32,000 nt of DNA from Candidatus Arthromitus sp. SFB-mouse-Japan (GTDB taxonomy: Bacteria; Bacillota; Clostridia; Clostridiales; Clostridiaceae), in contig NC_015913.1 in NCBI RefSeq assembly GCF_000270205.1, positions 1,588,006-1,620,005 on the forward strand, read 5' to 3'. Positions 17,242 through 25,321 of the stretch are shown here, one piece after another. Both the position numbers and the translations under genes were made by a program. Numbering within the stretch: position 1 is the first letter of the stretch; each line of letters begins with the position of its first letter. The notes beneath the pieces are model-generated. The model worked only from the letters and a program-made list of their open reading frames with translations. It was not told where the DNA came from and ran no database searches.

Positions 17242-18423
17242 ATATGCTACATAATTTAATGGATTATCTGCTTTGCCATTAACCCTCACTTCAAAATGCA
17301 AATGCGGTCCAGTGCTTCTGCCAGTATTACCTATCTCTCCTATTATCTGACCCTTTTTCACATATTCACCTTCCTTTATAAACATAACATCACAATGTCC
17401 ATATAATGTTTCAACTCCTTTTCCGTGATTTAATTTCATATAATTGCCATATACATTATTATATGACACCAAATTTGCAAACCCAGATTCTGCTGCAAAT
17501 ATAGGATCACCTATATCACCTGCAATATCAATCCCATGATGTTTCTCTCCACCCCACCTTAATCCAAAAGGAGAAGTTATTACATTGCCTTTAGAAGGAT
17601 TATTTAAATAGAATAATTCACCATTTTGAACCTCATTTAAAGGAGATCTTAACATCTTAGTAGATACTTTCTTCATCCCCACATACTTATCATTATTATA
17701 AGTAATTTCTCTAACAACTTCACGATCAAATCCATTCTGGTATATTTTCTCTTTATTACTGCTTTGATTATAGAGTTTCATGATTTGTACTTTATTTCCT
17801 TCAATATTTTCCAAAAAAGTCTTACTAGCTACTATTTCGACGGTAGCTAAAATATTGTTGTTTTCATTATTACTTAAAATAAAGTCATATAATTGATCTT
17901 CATTCATGGTATCTTTAAAACTTAAAACTTCTTCACTAAATTCAACTTTTTCTTTAATCTTAATCCAATTAATAGGAATATCATTTAAATTGTGCTTTCC
18001 TATATAATAATCAAATAATCTCTTCTTTACATTATTGAATACATCCCTATTATCTATGTTTGCAATTTTTTTATCACCAAGAAATAAACTATAAGCTTTA
18101 ATATAAAAGTCTAAATTTTCATCTAAAATTTTAATAGTTTCATCAACAGATAAACATTCTATCTTATTAACTAATCCTATTTTAAAATCTAAAGAATCCA
18201 TTTTTACAATTTCCTGTGATTTGATATTATTATTGTGCAATTTTTCCTCATAATATTCATTAAATATTTTTTTATTTTTTGTAACTCCAATCTGATTTCC
18301 ATTAACCAAAATTACATAACCTAAGGTTTTACCAGATATTAAGTAAAGTATTAATATTATAAAGATAATATTAATAGCAAAAATTATATTCCCAATATTT
18401 ATTTTACCTTTAAAATTATGCAT
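17239..18423 (-). CDS. M23 family metallopeptidase (peptidoglycan endopeptidase) with an N-terminal membrane anchor
   Basis: N-terminal TM segment (IIFAINIIFIILILYLI). The C-terminal LytM domain has HHGIDIAGDIGDPI and GNTGRSTGPHLHFEVRVNG (HxxxD and HxH zinc ligands intact). Confidence 0.9.
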   Translation of the reverse strand: MHNFKGKINIGNIIFAINIIFIILILYLISGKTLGYVILVNGNQIGVTKNKKIFNEYYEEKLHNNNIKSQEIVKMDSLDFKIGLVNKIECLSVDETIKILDENLDFYIKAYSLFLGDKKIANIDNRDVFNNVKKRLFDYYIGKHNLNDIPINWIKIKEKVEFSEEVLSFKDTMNEDQLYDFILSNNENNNILATVEIVASKTFLENIEGNKVQIMKLYNQSSNKEKIYQNGFDREVVREITYNNDKYVGMKKVSTKMLRSPLNEVQNGELFYLNNPSKGNVITSPFGLRWGGEKHHGIDIAGDIGDPIFAAESGFANLVSYNNVYGNYMKLNHGKGVETLYGHCDVMFIKEGEYVKKGQIIGEIGNTGRSTGPHLHFEVRVNGKADNPLNYVAY

Positions 18424-18495
18424 AAATTTTACGTCATCTCCTATATCTTTTTTGACTATTATTTATACATTTTTTATAAAATATTCCTTTTTTTA

Positions 18496-18524
18496 TTCTT
18501 ACCTGGAAAAAAAAATGTTATAAT
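18496..18524 (+). promoter_or_regulatory. Candidate extended -10 promoter for the dnaD-like/dnaI-like operon
   Basis: TTCTTA, 17 nt spacer, then TATAAT (18519-18524) with TG at 18516-18517 (TGnTATAAT). Confidence 0.4.
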
Positions 18525-18559
18525 TTAATTCAAAATTTATTTTAGAAAGGCAAAATCAA

Positions 18560-19552
18560 ATGAGTTTATATAAATTAACTTCTCCATTTGTAAACTACAC
18601 TTTAATCGATAATAGTTTTATTGATAATTTTTTACCTACTGCTCGTGGAGAGTATGTGAAAATATATATCCTTATTCTCAAATACGCATCTTCTGGAGAG
18701 CTAGGATTCAATACATCTTTTATTGCTAAAACTCTTAATTTATTAGAATCTGATGTCAAAAATGCTCTTAATTATTGGAATGATTTAGGATTAATAAAAA
18801 TTTCAACATTAGACAATAAAATTTCTAATGTTGAATTTAATCAATTATCAGAATCAAATAACTATACATCATCCTTAAATTTAATAGATCAAATAAATGA
18901 TAACAATCTTATAGATTTTTTTAGAGATATTGAAACAACTATAGGTAGACCACTATCACAAAAGGAAATGGAAACATACATAAATTGGACCAAAAATTAT
19001 AAATTTTCATATGAATTAATTCTCTACTTAATAAGTTATTGCGTAAATAAAAATAAAAAAGATTTTAGGTATATAGAAAAGGTTGCCATTTCATGGTCTG
19101 ATTTAAATATTAATACCCTTGATCAGGCTATGGTGTATACAGAAAAAAGAGAGAAACAATTTTCTAATATAAAAAAAATACTGAATTATATAGGATTAAC
19201 TGATACTGAAATTAGCAAACCTCATGAAGAATTATTTAATAAATGGCTTATAACTTATAATATGCCCCTAGAACTAATTTATAAAGCATGTGACATATGC
19301 TGTTCAAAATTATCAAAACCTGATCTAAATTATATTGATGGTATATTAAACAACTTTAAAAATTCAAATATATTTTCTCTTAAAGATTTGGAAAAATATG
19401 AATCAAATAAAAATTCAATATCAAAAAATTTTTCAAATAAATCTATTAATAAAAATTCATTTTCAAATTTCCCGCAAAGAGACTATGACTATGAGAAACT
19501 TGAAAAAATATTGACTCAAAATAACTATGAAGGAAATAATACAAATGATTAA
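18560..19552 (+). CDS. DnaD-domain replication initiation / membrane attachment protein (B. subtilis DnaB/DnaD-like)
   Basis: DnaD-type C-terminal repeats (FRYIEKVAISWSDLNINTLDQAM; LNYIDGILNNFKNSNIFSLKDLE). It lies directly upstream of, and overlaps, a DnaI-like loader gene. Confidence 0.85.
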   Translation: MSLYKLTSPFVNYTLIDNSFIDNFLPTARGEYVKIYILILKYASSGELGFNTSFIAKTLNLLESDVKNALNYWNDLGLIKISTLDNKISNVEFNQLSESNNYTSSLNLIDQINDNNLIDFFRDIETTIGRPLSQKEMETYINWTKNYKFSYELILYLISYCVNKNKKDFRYIEKVAISWSDLNINTLDQAMVYTEKREKQFSNIKKILNYIGLTDTEISKPHEELFNKWLITYNMPLELIYKACDICCSKLSKPDLNYIDGILNNFKNSNIFSLKDLEKYESNKNSISKNFSNKSINKNSFSNFPQRDYDYEKLEKILTQNNYEGNNTND

Positions 19553-20531
19553 AGGATATGGTGAAAAATTAAATAATTTATATCAAGAAATAAGATCGAA
19601 TAATTTAAAAGAACATATTAAAAGATTAGAAAATGTATATAACATTAATCCAGAATTAAGAACCTTAAATAATAATATAAAAAAGTTAACATTTCAATTA
19701 ATAAAATCAAATAATAATATCACATCAAATCAATTAAAAATAAAAATAAATGAAATAAGAAGTAGACTTAAAACCATATTAAATAACTTAAATTTTCCAG
19801 ATAATTATTTGGATAATATTTATAATTGCAATATGTGTAATGATACTGGGTATATATTAAATGAAAAATGTTCTTGTTTAATAACAAATCTAACTAAACT
19901 TTACTTAAATGACTCAGAGCTAAAATTATCTATACTAAAAAATAATTTCGAAAATTTTAACTTTTCTTTTTATTCTGACAATATCACTCAAAACAACAAA
20001 ATATCACCAAGTAATAATATAAAAAACATATACACTAATATTTTAAATTATATAAAAACATTTAAAACAAATAAATTAAATTTACTATTTAATGGAGAAT
20101 GTGGAAGTGGTAAAACCTTTATGACTCATTGTATAGCTAAAGATTTATTAGATAAAGGATATTCAGTACTATATAAAACTTCTGAAGATTTATTAATAGA
20201 ATTATTCCATTACTACACTAATAAAAATGTAAATAATTTTAATGAAAATATTAATGATTCATTTCTAATGCAATGTGATTTACTTATAATTGATGATCTA
20301 GGTACAGAGAACCAAAACAAATTATATAACTCAATTCTTTTTAATTTTATTAACAAAAAATTAATGTTGGATAAAAGAATGATTATTTCTACTAATTTTA
20401 CCCTTAGAGATTTACAGCAAACATATTCTGATAGAATATTTTCTCGTATTGTAGGAAACTTTAGAATTCATAACTTTTTCGTTCATGAAGATATACGAAT
20501 TCAAAAACAACAGATTAAGAGGGAGGGATAA
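19545..20531 (+). CDS. Helicase loader ATPase (DnaI/DnaC, IstB-like AAA+)
   Basis: N-terminal Zn motif CNMCNDTGY...CSC, Walker A NGECGSGKTF, Walker B LLIIDDLGTE. I prefer ATG 19545 (AAGGA 10 nt upstream; ATGATTAA overlap with the upstream stop) over the track start at 19527. Confidence 0.85.
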   Translation: MIKGYGEKLNNLYQEIRSNNLKEHIKRLENVYNINPELRTLNNNIKKLTFQLIKSNNNITSNQLKIKINEIRSRLKTILNNLNFPDNYLDNIYNCNMCNDTGYILNEKCSCLITNLTKLYLNDSELKLSILKNNFENFNFSFYSDNITQNNKISPSNNIKNIYTNILNYIKTFKTNKLNLLFNGECGSGKTFMTHCIAKDLLDKGYSVLYKTSEDLLIELFHYYTNKNVNNFNENINDSFLMQCDLLIIDDLGTENQNKLYNSILFNFINKKLMLDKRMIISTNFTLRDLQQTYSDRIFSRIVGNFRIHNFFVHEDIRIQKQQIKREG

Positions 20532-20555
20532 AATCCCTCCCTCTTAATCTGTTGT
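20507..20555. terminator. Bidirectional intrinsic terminator (dnaI-like / rpsR)
   Basis: Perfect 22-bp stem (20507-20528 / 20534-20555, core gagggaggga/tccctccctc) with a 5-nt loop that contains the dnaI-like stop codon. The right arm encodes the last codons of rpsR. Confidence 0.85.
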
Positions 20556-20831
20556 AAAAGGAAGCAAAACTATATTCCTGGCAAGTTTTATAGCTCTTGT
20601 AACTTCTCTCTGATGTCTCGCGCATGTACCTGATATTCTTCTTGGTAAAATCTTACCTCTCTCCGTAACAAACTTTCTTAATTTATTAACATCTTTATAA
20701 TCTATAAAATCAGACTTTTCAACACAAAAGGAACACACTTTCTTTCTTGTTTTCCTCATCCTAAAATTGTTTTTTTTAATTTCTTGTTGCTTGTTAGAAA
20801 CATTACTTGTCTGAGAAACATTATTCATCAT
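20544..20831 (-). CDS. rpsR: 30S ribosomal protein S18
   Basis: [10 protein letters not shown]...[50 protein letters not shown] is canonical S18. AGGAGGTGG lies directly upstream of the tandem ATGs at 20831 and 20828. The track start at 20873 (TTG) would overlap the ssb 3' end and is unlikely. Confidence 0.95.
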   Translation of the reverse strand: MMNNVSQTSNVSNKQQEIKKNNFRMRKTRKKVCSFCVEKSDFIDYKDVNKLRKFVTERGKILPRRISGTCARHQREVTRAIKLARNIVLLPFTTD

Positions 20832-20850
20832 TCCACCTCCTATAATTTTA

Positions 20851-21282
20851 TCAAAACGGAACATCATCATCAATTAAGGTCATATCATCTCCAATAGGAA
20901 TATCACCATAATCAACACCATTACCAAAATCATCATTATCTGATAACTTCCTATAAGATGATTTATTACCCCATTCTATAAATGATACCTCATCTGCTAC
21001 AACTTCCGTTACATATCTTTTATTATTGTCTTTATCAATATAAGTTCTCGTTTGAATTCTACCACAAACAGCAAATTTACATCCTTTATTTATATAATTA
21101 GCTGTAGCTTCAGCTTGCTTACCCCAAATTATAACTTGTATAAAATCAGTACTTTTTTGTTGTTCCTTGGAATTAATTTTTCTATCAATAGCTAGTGTAA
21201 TTGTTGATACTGCCGTACCGCTTGGTGTAAATCTCAATTCAGGATCTTTAGTTAATCTACCTATTAAGATCACTTTATTCAT
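20851..21282 (-). CDS. ssb: Single-stranded DNA-binding protein
   Basis: OB fold [25 protein letters not shown] and an acidic C-terminal tip DDDVPF. Confidence 0.95.
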   Translation of the reverse strand: MNKVILIGRLTKDPELRFTPSGTAVSTITLAIDRKINSKEQQKSTDFIQVIIWGKQAEATANYINKGCKFAVCGRIQTRTYIDKDNNKRYVTEVVADEVSFIEWGNKSSYRKLSDNDDFGNGVDYGDIPIGDDMTLIDDDVPF

Positions 21283-21292
21283 GGATATACCT

Positions 21293-21577
21293 CTATTTTC
21301 TATTTACTATTATATGTCTTATAATATCATCCATTATTTTAAAATTTCTATCTAATTCCTTAGGCAAATCCTCACTACTTGAAAAATTTATTAAAATAAA
21401 ATATCCTTCACTTTTTTTATTTATTTCGTAAGCTAATTTTTTCCTTCCCCAATGATCAATACCTTCTATATCACCATTATAATTTTCTATAATATTAGTT
21501 ACTTTATTTACGATATCAGATATCTTTTCTTCAGTACTATCTGGATTTAGTATAAAAACAGTTTCATATTTCCTCAC
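21293..21577 (-). CDS. rpsF: 30S ribosomal protein S6
   Basis: MRKYETVFILNPD...HWGRKKLAYEI is canonical S6. GTG start (21577-21575) with GGGAGGTGA upstream. Confidence 0.95.
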   Translation of the reverse strand: MRKYETVFILNPDSTEEKISDIVNKVTNIIENYNGDIEGIDHWGRKKLAYEINKKSEGYFILINFSSSEDLPKELDRNFKIMDDIIRHIIVNRK

Positions 21578-21627
21578 ATTCTCACCTCCCTCTGGACTTA
21601 AGGCTACATAATAAGTAGCAGGGCAAT
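21578..21627 (-). promoter_or_regulatory. rpsF 5' leader with an SD-pairing hairpin (candidate S6:S18 autoregulatory leader)
   Basis: The minus-strand leader reads GGUAUUGCCCUGCUACUUAUUAUGUAGCCUUAAGUCCAGAGGGAGGUGAGAAU. GCUAC pairs with GUAGC around a 7-nt loop. The outer CCCU can pair with AGGG of the SD across an asymmetric internal loop. Confidence 0.4.
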
Positions 21628-21633
21628 ACCTGA

Positions 21634-21662
21634 ATTATAGCATTTTTAAATGTTATAATCAA
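21634..21662 (-). promoter_or_regulatory. Candidate sigma-A promoter of rpsF-ssb-rpsR
   Basis: On the minus strand: TTGATT (21662-21657), 17 nt spacer, TATAAT (21639-21634). Confidence 0.55.
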
Positions 21663-21668
21663 ATTTAT

Positions 21669-21911
21669 TTATATATCCTCCAATTTCTTTTTATTAATAT
21701 TATCATATATATCTTTAACAATTATTTTTTTGTCATTTATAAGCTTAATTATATCATTTAAATCTTCTTTATTAATTCCAATACCGATACCACAACTGCT
21801 AGTTATGTGTGATGGCACAGGTACTATAGTCAATCTTATTTTAATATCATTCAAAATTTTTTCACACTTTAAAGCTCTATATGTATTTGAAAAAATTAAT
21901 ATATATTCCAT
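21669..21911 (-). CDS. DUF3343 domain protein (putative Se/S carrier-like)
   Basis: The 80-aa sequence MEYILIFSNTYRALKCEKILNDIKIRLTIVPVPSHITSSCGIGIGINKEDL matches the DUF3343 pattern (F.s...A.k.Ek.L......l.P.P..i...CG.ai.f). AAAGGAG SD lies 7 nt upstream. Confidence 0.75.
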   Translation of the reverse strand: MEYILIFSNTYRALKCEKILNDIKIRLTIVPVPSHITSSCGIGIGINKEDLNDIIKLINDKKIIVKDIYDNINKKKLEDI

Positions 21912-21971
21912 ATTCTAACTCCTTTAAATTATTATATAATTTCTGATATATTAATATTGGGTGATAAATTT

Positions 21972-23150
21972 ATGAATTTATATTTTGATAATTCTTCAAC
22001 AAGTTTTCCAAAACCTCAGAACGTAATAGATTCTATAAATAATTTCTCTATCAATATTGGAGCTAGTCCAAGTAGAGGATATTACGATTTATCAATAAAA
22101 TCTAGTAAAATTCTCTTTGAATGCCGAGAATTATTGTGTGATTTCTTTAAATTTGATTCTCCTGAAAATATAGTGTTTTCATATAATGCAACCTATGCAT
22201 TCAATATACTACTTCAAAGCATCGTAAATTCAAATATTTTTAATGATATACCCCATTTTTTGGTTTCAAACTTAGATCATAACTGCACCTTAAGACCACT
22301 AATTAATTTAAAAAATAAAAATAAAATAACACTAGACATAATTAGTTGTGACCAAAATATGTTCTTAAATTTCAATGAACTATATTGTAAAATAACATCT
22401 AAAACAAAATTTATAGTAATATCTCATATGTCTAACGTTTTAGGTAATATCCAAAACATTGAAAAATTATCTGATATTTGTAAAAAATTGAAAATTTTCT
22501 TAATTTTAGATATAGCTCAAAGTGCAGGTCTTGTAAATATAGACCTAACTAAAATTTATTTCTCAGCATTAATTTTTACTGGCCATAAAAACTTATTTTC
22601 AACCTCTGGAATTGGTGGATTTATAATATCAAATGAACTTTTAAATGTGTGTGATAATTATTTTTTGGGTGGAACTGGAAGCTCTTCATCATCATTATTG
22701 TCTAAATCCGATATGCCTGACTATTTTGAAATTGGAACACATAACATGATCGGTATTTATTCTTTACTAAATGGTGTAAAATTTATAAATACATGTGGTT
22801 TAAATTTTATATACGATAAAAAAAAGGAGGTTGTTAAAAATATATATGACCAACTTTCTAATATTAATGATATAATTATAATAAACAACGTCCTTTTAAA
22901 ACATCAAAATTCTAATCTGTGTATTAATTTTAAAAATTTATCTCCAGATGTAGCCGCACATATGTTGAACAAATATTATGGCATATGTGTTAGATCTGGC
23001 TTGCACTGTTCTCCAAATACCCATAAAATTATTAATACATACCCATTAGGCTGTATCCGTATAAGTCCCTCAATCTTTAACGATGTTAAAGATGTTAATT
23101 ATCTGGTTTCATCCATTAAAAAAATTTGTAATGTTTCACGTAGAACATAA
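21972..23150 (+). CDS. Class-V aminotransferase-fold PLP enzyme, cysteine desulfurase / selenocysteine lyase family
   Basis: LYFDNSSTSFPKP at the N-terminus, PLP-Lys motif FTGHKNLFSTSGIGGF, and catalytic-Cys loop VRSGLHCSPNTH. I prefer ATG 21972 over the track TTG at 21957. Confidence 0.85.
   Translation: MNLYFDNSSTSFPKPQNVIDSINNFSINIGASPSRGYYDLSIKSSKILFECRELLCDFFKFDSPENIVFSYNATYAFNILLQSIVNSNIFNDIPHFLVSNLDHNCTLRPLINLKNKNKITLDIISCDQNMFLNFNELYCKITSKTKFIVISHMSNVLGNIQNIEKLSDICKKLKIFLILDIAQSAGLVNIDLTKIYFSALIFTGHKNLFSTSGIGGFIISNELLNVCDNYFLGGTGSSSSSLLSKSDMPDYFEIGTHNMIGIYSLLNGVKFINTCGLNFIYDKKKEVVKNIYDQLSNINDIIIINNVLLKHQNSNLCINFKNLSPDVAAHMLNKYYGICVRSGLHCSPNTHKIINTYPLGCIRISPSIFNDVKDVNYLVSSIKKICNVSRRT
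23132..23147. promoter_or_regulatory. parS-like centromere site
   Basis: tgtttcacgtagaaca reads TGTTCTACGTGAAACA on the other strand. That is one mismatch to the Firmicutes parS consensus TGTTNCACGTGAAACA. It lies in the last codons of the desulfurase gene, 25 nt upstream of the parA ATG. Confidence 0.55.
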
Positions 23151-23171
23151 AAGGTGGTGTTTAAATTTAGT

Positions 23172-23948
23172 ATGAAAAAAATATGTGTGTTTAATCAAAA
23201 AGGTGGTGTTGGTAAAACAACTACTAATATTAATTTGGCTAGTTATCTGTCTTTAGAAGGTTTTAAAACCCTAGTTATTGACATGGATCCTCAGGGTAAT
23301 GCTTCTAGTGGTTTAGGTGTTGATAAAAACAAATTCAATTGGTCAATGTATGATTTATTTGTCTATGATAGAGATATTAACTCATTAATAATTGAAAGTG
23401 ATATAATTAAAAATCTATATCTCATCCCTTCTAGTATAAATCTTGCTGCAGCAGAAGTAGAGTTAATTAATATCAAAAACAGAGAATTCCTGTTGAAAGA
23501 ATATATTGCCAAATTAAATAATTCTTTTGACTTCGTTTTTATCGATTGTCCGCCTTCTTTAGGCTTTTTAAGCTTAAACTCTTTGGTTGCTAGCGATAGT
23601 CTTATAATTCCTATACAATGTGAGTTTTATGCTTTAGAAGGTTTAAGTCAATTAATAAATACGATAAATCTGGTTAATCAATCTCTTAATAAGTCTCTCT
23701 ATATTGAAGGAGTTATTCTTAATATGTTTGATTCACGTGCAAAGCTTAGTAATGAAGTTGTATCTGAAGTTAATAAATTTTTTAAGGATAAAGTGTATTC
23801 CACTATAATCCCTAGGAATATTAAACTCGCTGAATCTCCTAGCTATGGCCTTCCTATTATGTTGTATGATGAAAAATGTAAAGGCGCCATTTCTTATAAA
23901 GCTTTAGCTAAAGAATTCATTTTCAAACAAAGGAGAAGTGGTCTATGA
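23172..23948 (+). CDS. parA: Chromosome partitioning ATPase ParA/Soj
   Basis: Deviant Walker A (NQKGGVGKTTT), DMDPQGNAS, and FDFVFIDCPPSLG. I prefer ATG 23172 (protein begins MKKICVFNQKGG) over the track GTG at 23154. Confidence 0.95.
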   Translation: MKKICVFNQKGGVGKTTTNINLASYLSLEGFKTLVIDMDPQGNASSGLGVDKNKFNWSMYDLFVYDRDINSLIIESDIIKNLYLIPSSINLAAAEVELINIKNREFLLKEYIAKLNNSFDFVFIDCPPSLGFLSLNSLVASDSLIIPIQCEFYALEGLSQLINTINLVNQSLNKSLYIEGVILNMFDSRAKLSNEVVSEVNKFFKDKVYSTIIPRNIKLAESPSYGLPIMLYDEKCKGAISYKALAKEFIFKQRRSGL

Positions 23949-24796
23949 AAAAAAATGTTCTAGGTAAAGGATTGAATTCTCTAATACCGAATTATGAAAA
24001 TAAAAATTCTGATCCTAATAATTATACCCTCTTAAATATTGAATTACTATATGCTAATGTTAATCAACCTCGCAAACATTTTAATGATTCTAGTTTGCAC
24101 GACCTAAGTAAATCCATCGAAATTCATGGAATAATTCAACCACTAATTGTTAGTGAATCTAATGGTAAATATTTGATAGTTGCTGGTGAGCGCAGGTATA
24201 GGGCAGCTAAAATAATAAAACTTGATAAAATACCATGTATAATTATTGAAAAATCTACTGATGAGATACTTGAATTATCTCTTATAGAAAACATACAAAG
24301 AGATGATTTAAATCCAATAGAAGAAGCTAGGGCATTCAAAAATCTTATAGACAATTTTAATATTACTCATGAATGTCTGTCAGAAAAATTATCTATTTCA
24401 AGAACTTCTATAACCAATAAGCTAAGATTATTAAAATTATCTTCTATAGTTCAAGATTATATATTAAATGAAGATATAACAGAGGGGCATGGTAAAATTT
24501 TAGCTGGAGTAAAAGATGAACACCTTCAGATAGAAATATCTAATAAAATAATAGATGAAGATCTTAATGTGAGACAAACGGAAAAATTAATTCAATCTAT
24601 ATTCTCAAAACCTAAAGAAAAAATTAACTGTAAAAATGATGTATATATAAATGATTTGAAGCTCAATTTAGAAAACTATTTTGGAACAAAAGTATCAATA
24701 CATAACAAAAAAAATAAAGGTAATATTCAAATAGAATATTACTCAGTAGAAGATTTAAATAGAATATTAGATTTAATATATTCAAAAGACGTATAA
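23945..24796 (+). CDS. parB: Chromosome partitioning protein ParB/Spo0J
   Basis: ParB box GERRYRAAK, QPLIV, LIENIQRDDLNPIEEA, and an HTH region. The ATGA overlap with parA indicates coupling. Confidence 0.95.
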   Translation: MKKNVLGKGLNSLIPNYENKNSDPNNYTLLNIELLYANVNQPRKHFNDSSLHDLSKSIEIHGIIQPLIVSESNGKYLIVAGERRYRAAKIIKLDKIPCIIIEKSTDEILELSLIENIQRDDLNPIEEARAFKNLIDNFNITHECLSEKLSISRTSITNKLRLLKLSSIVQDYILNEDITEGHGKILAGVKDEHLQIEISNKIIDEDLNVRQTEKLIQSIFSKPKEKINCKNDVYINDLKLNLENYFGTKVSIHNKKNKGNIQIEYYSVEDLNRILDLIYSKDV

Positions 24797-25206
24797 TTTA
24801 AATAAAAATACTCTTTCATATTTTTATTTTCTTCAATGAAGATATTTAATAACAAAATTAAATATCTTTTTATTTTTTTTTTGTTCCCATACTTTATACT
24901 TTGATTCAAATTCCGTATATATTTATTTTTAAGTCTAAATGAATCACTTTTTTTAATACTCTCCATATACTCTTTATATTTATCATATTGATTATTTTTC
25001 TTTATATGTCTTACGATATCTTCTTTCTCTTTGAGAGTTTCCACCCATTTTTTATTTAATTCTATATCATATTTTTCACTTACTCTTAAAAAAAATTTTT
25101 CTTGATTAGATAATTCCAAGATACTATGTGCACTTAAATTATACATTCCAATAAGTATAAATATATTCAAAAAAAATAATTTAATATATTTTATCAATAT
25201 TACCAT
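24739..25206 (-). CDS. Hypothetical secreted or membrane-anchored Lys/Glu-rich protein
   Basis: A 155-codon ORF in a stop-rich genome. It has an N-terminal signal-like segment (KYIKLFFLNIFILIGMYNLSAHS). AAGGAG (25212-25207) fits TTG 25197 (9-nt spacing) better than ATG 25206. The 3' end overlaps parB by 58 nt on the opposite strand. No family recognised. Confidence 0.5.
   Translation of the reverse strand: MVILIKYIKLFFLNIFILIGMYNLSAHSILELSNQEKFFLRVSEKYDIELNKKWVETLKEKEDIVRHIKKNNQYDKYKEYMESIKKSDSFRLKNKYIRNLNQSIKYGNKKKIKRYLILLLNIFIEENKNMKEYFYLNYTSFEYIKSNILFKSSTE
24839..24882 (+). terminator. Candidate intrinsic terminator after parB (embedded in the antisense ORF)
   Basis: 12-bp stem aagatatttaat / attaaatatctt with a 6-nt loop, followed by tttatttttttttt. 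The stem has only one G:C pair. Confidence 0.45.
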
Positions 25207-25321
25207 CTCCTTAATTAATATTCTATCTAATATATTTTTAATTATTCTGTAATTTTTTTAATCATATTTAATAATATTTAACATAACTTTATCTATGTAA
25301 TAATATTTGGAGATGCTCTTT

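Noticed and set aside
18424-18445. AGGAG followed immediately by ATGACGTAA upstream of the M23 peptidase start (a 2-codon ORF).
   Set aside because: The SD-to-ATG spacing is zero and the ORF has two codons. The AGGAG more probably serves as a long-spaced (14 nt) SD for the M23 gene itself.
1852-25321. N-terminally extended starts given in the ORF track for ecfT (1852), the XRE regulator (9865), dnaB (9971), S8 (16010), dnaI-like (19527), rpsR (20873), desulfurase (21957), parA (23154) and amidase (25307).
   Set aside because: In each case a downstream ATG has a better-placed SD and gives an N-terminus matching the family consensus. The longer versions would overlap upstream genes or predicted promoters.
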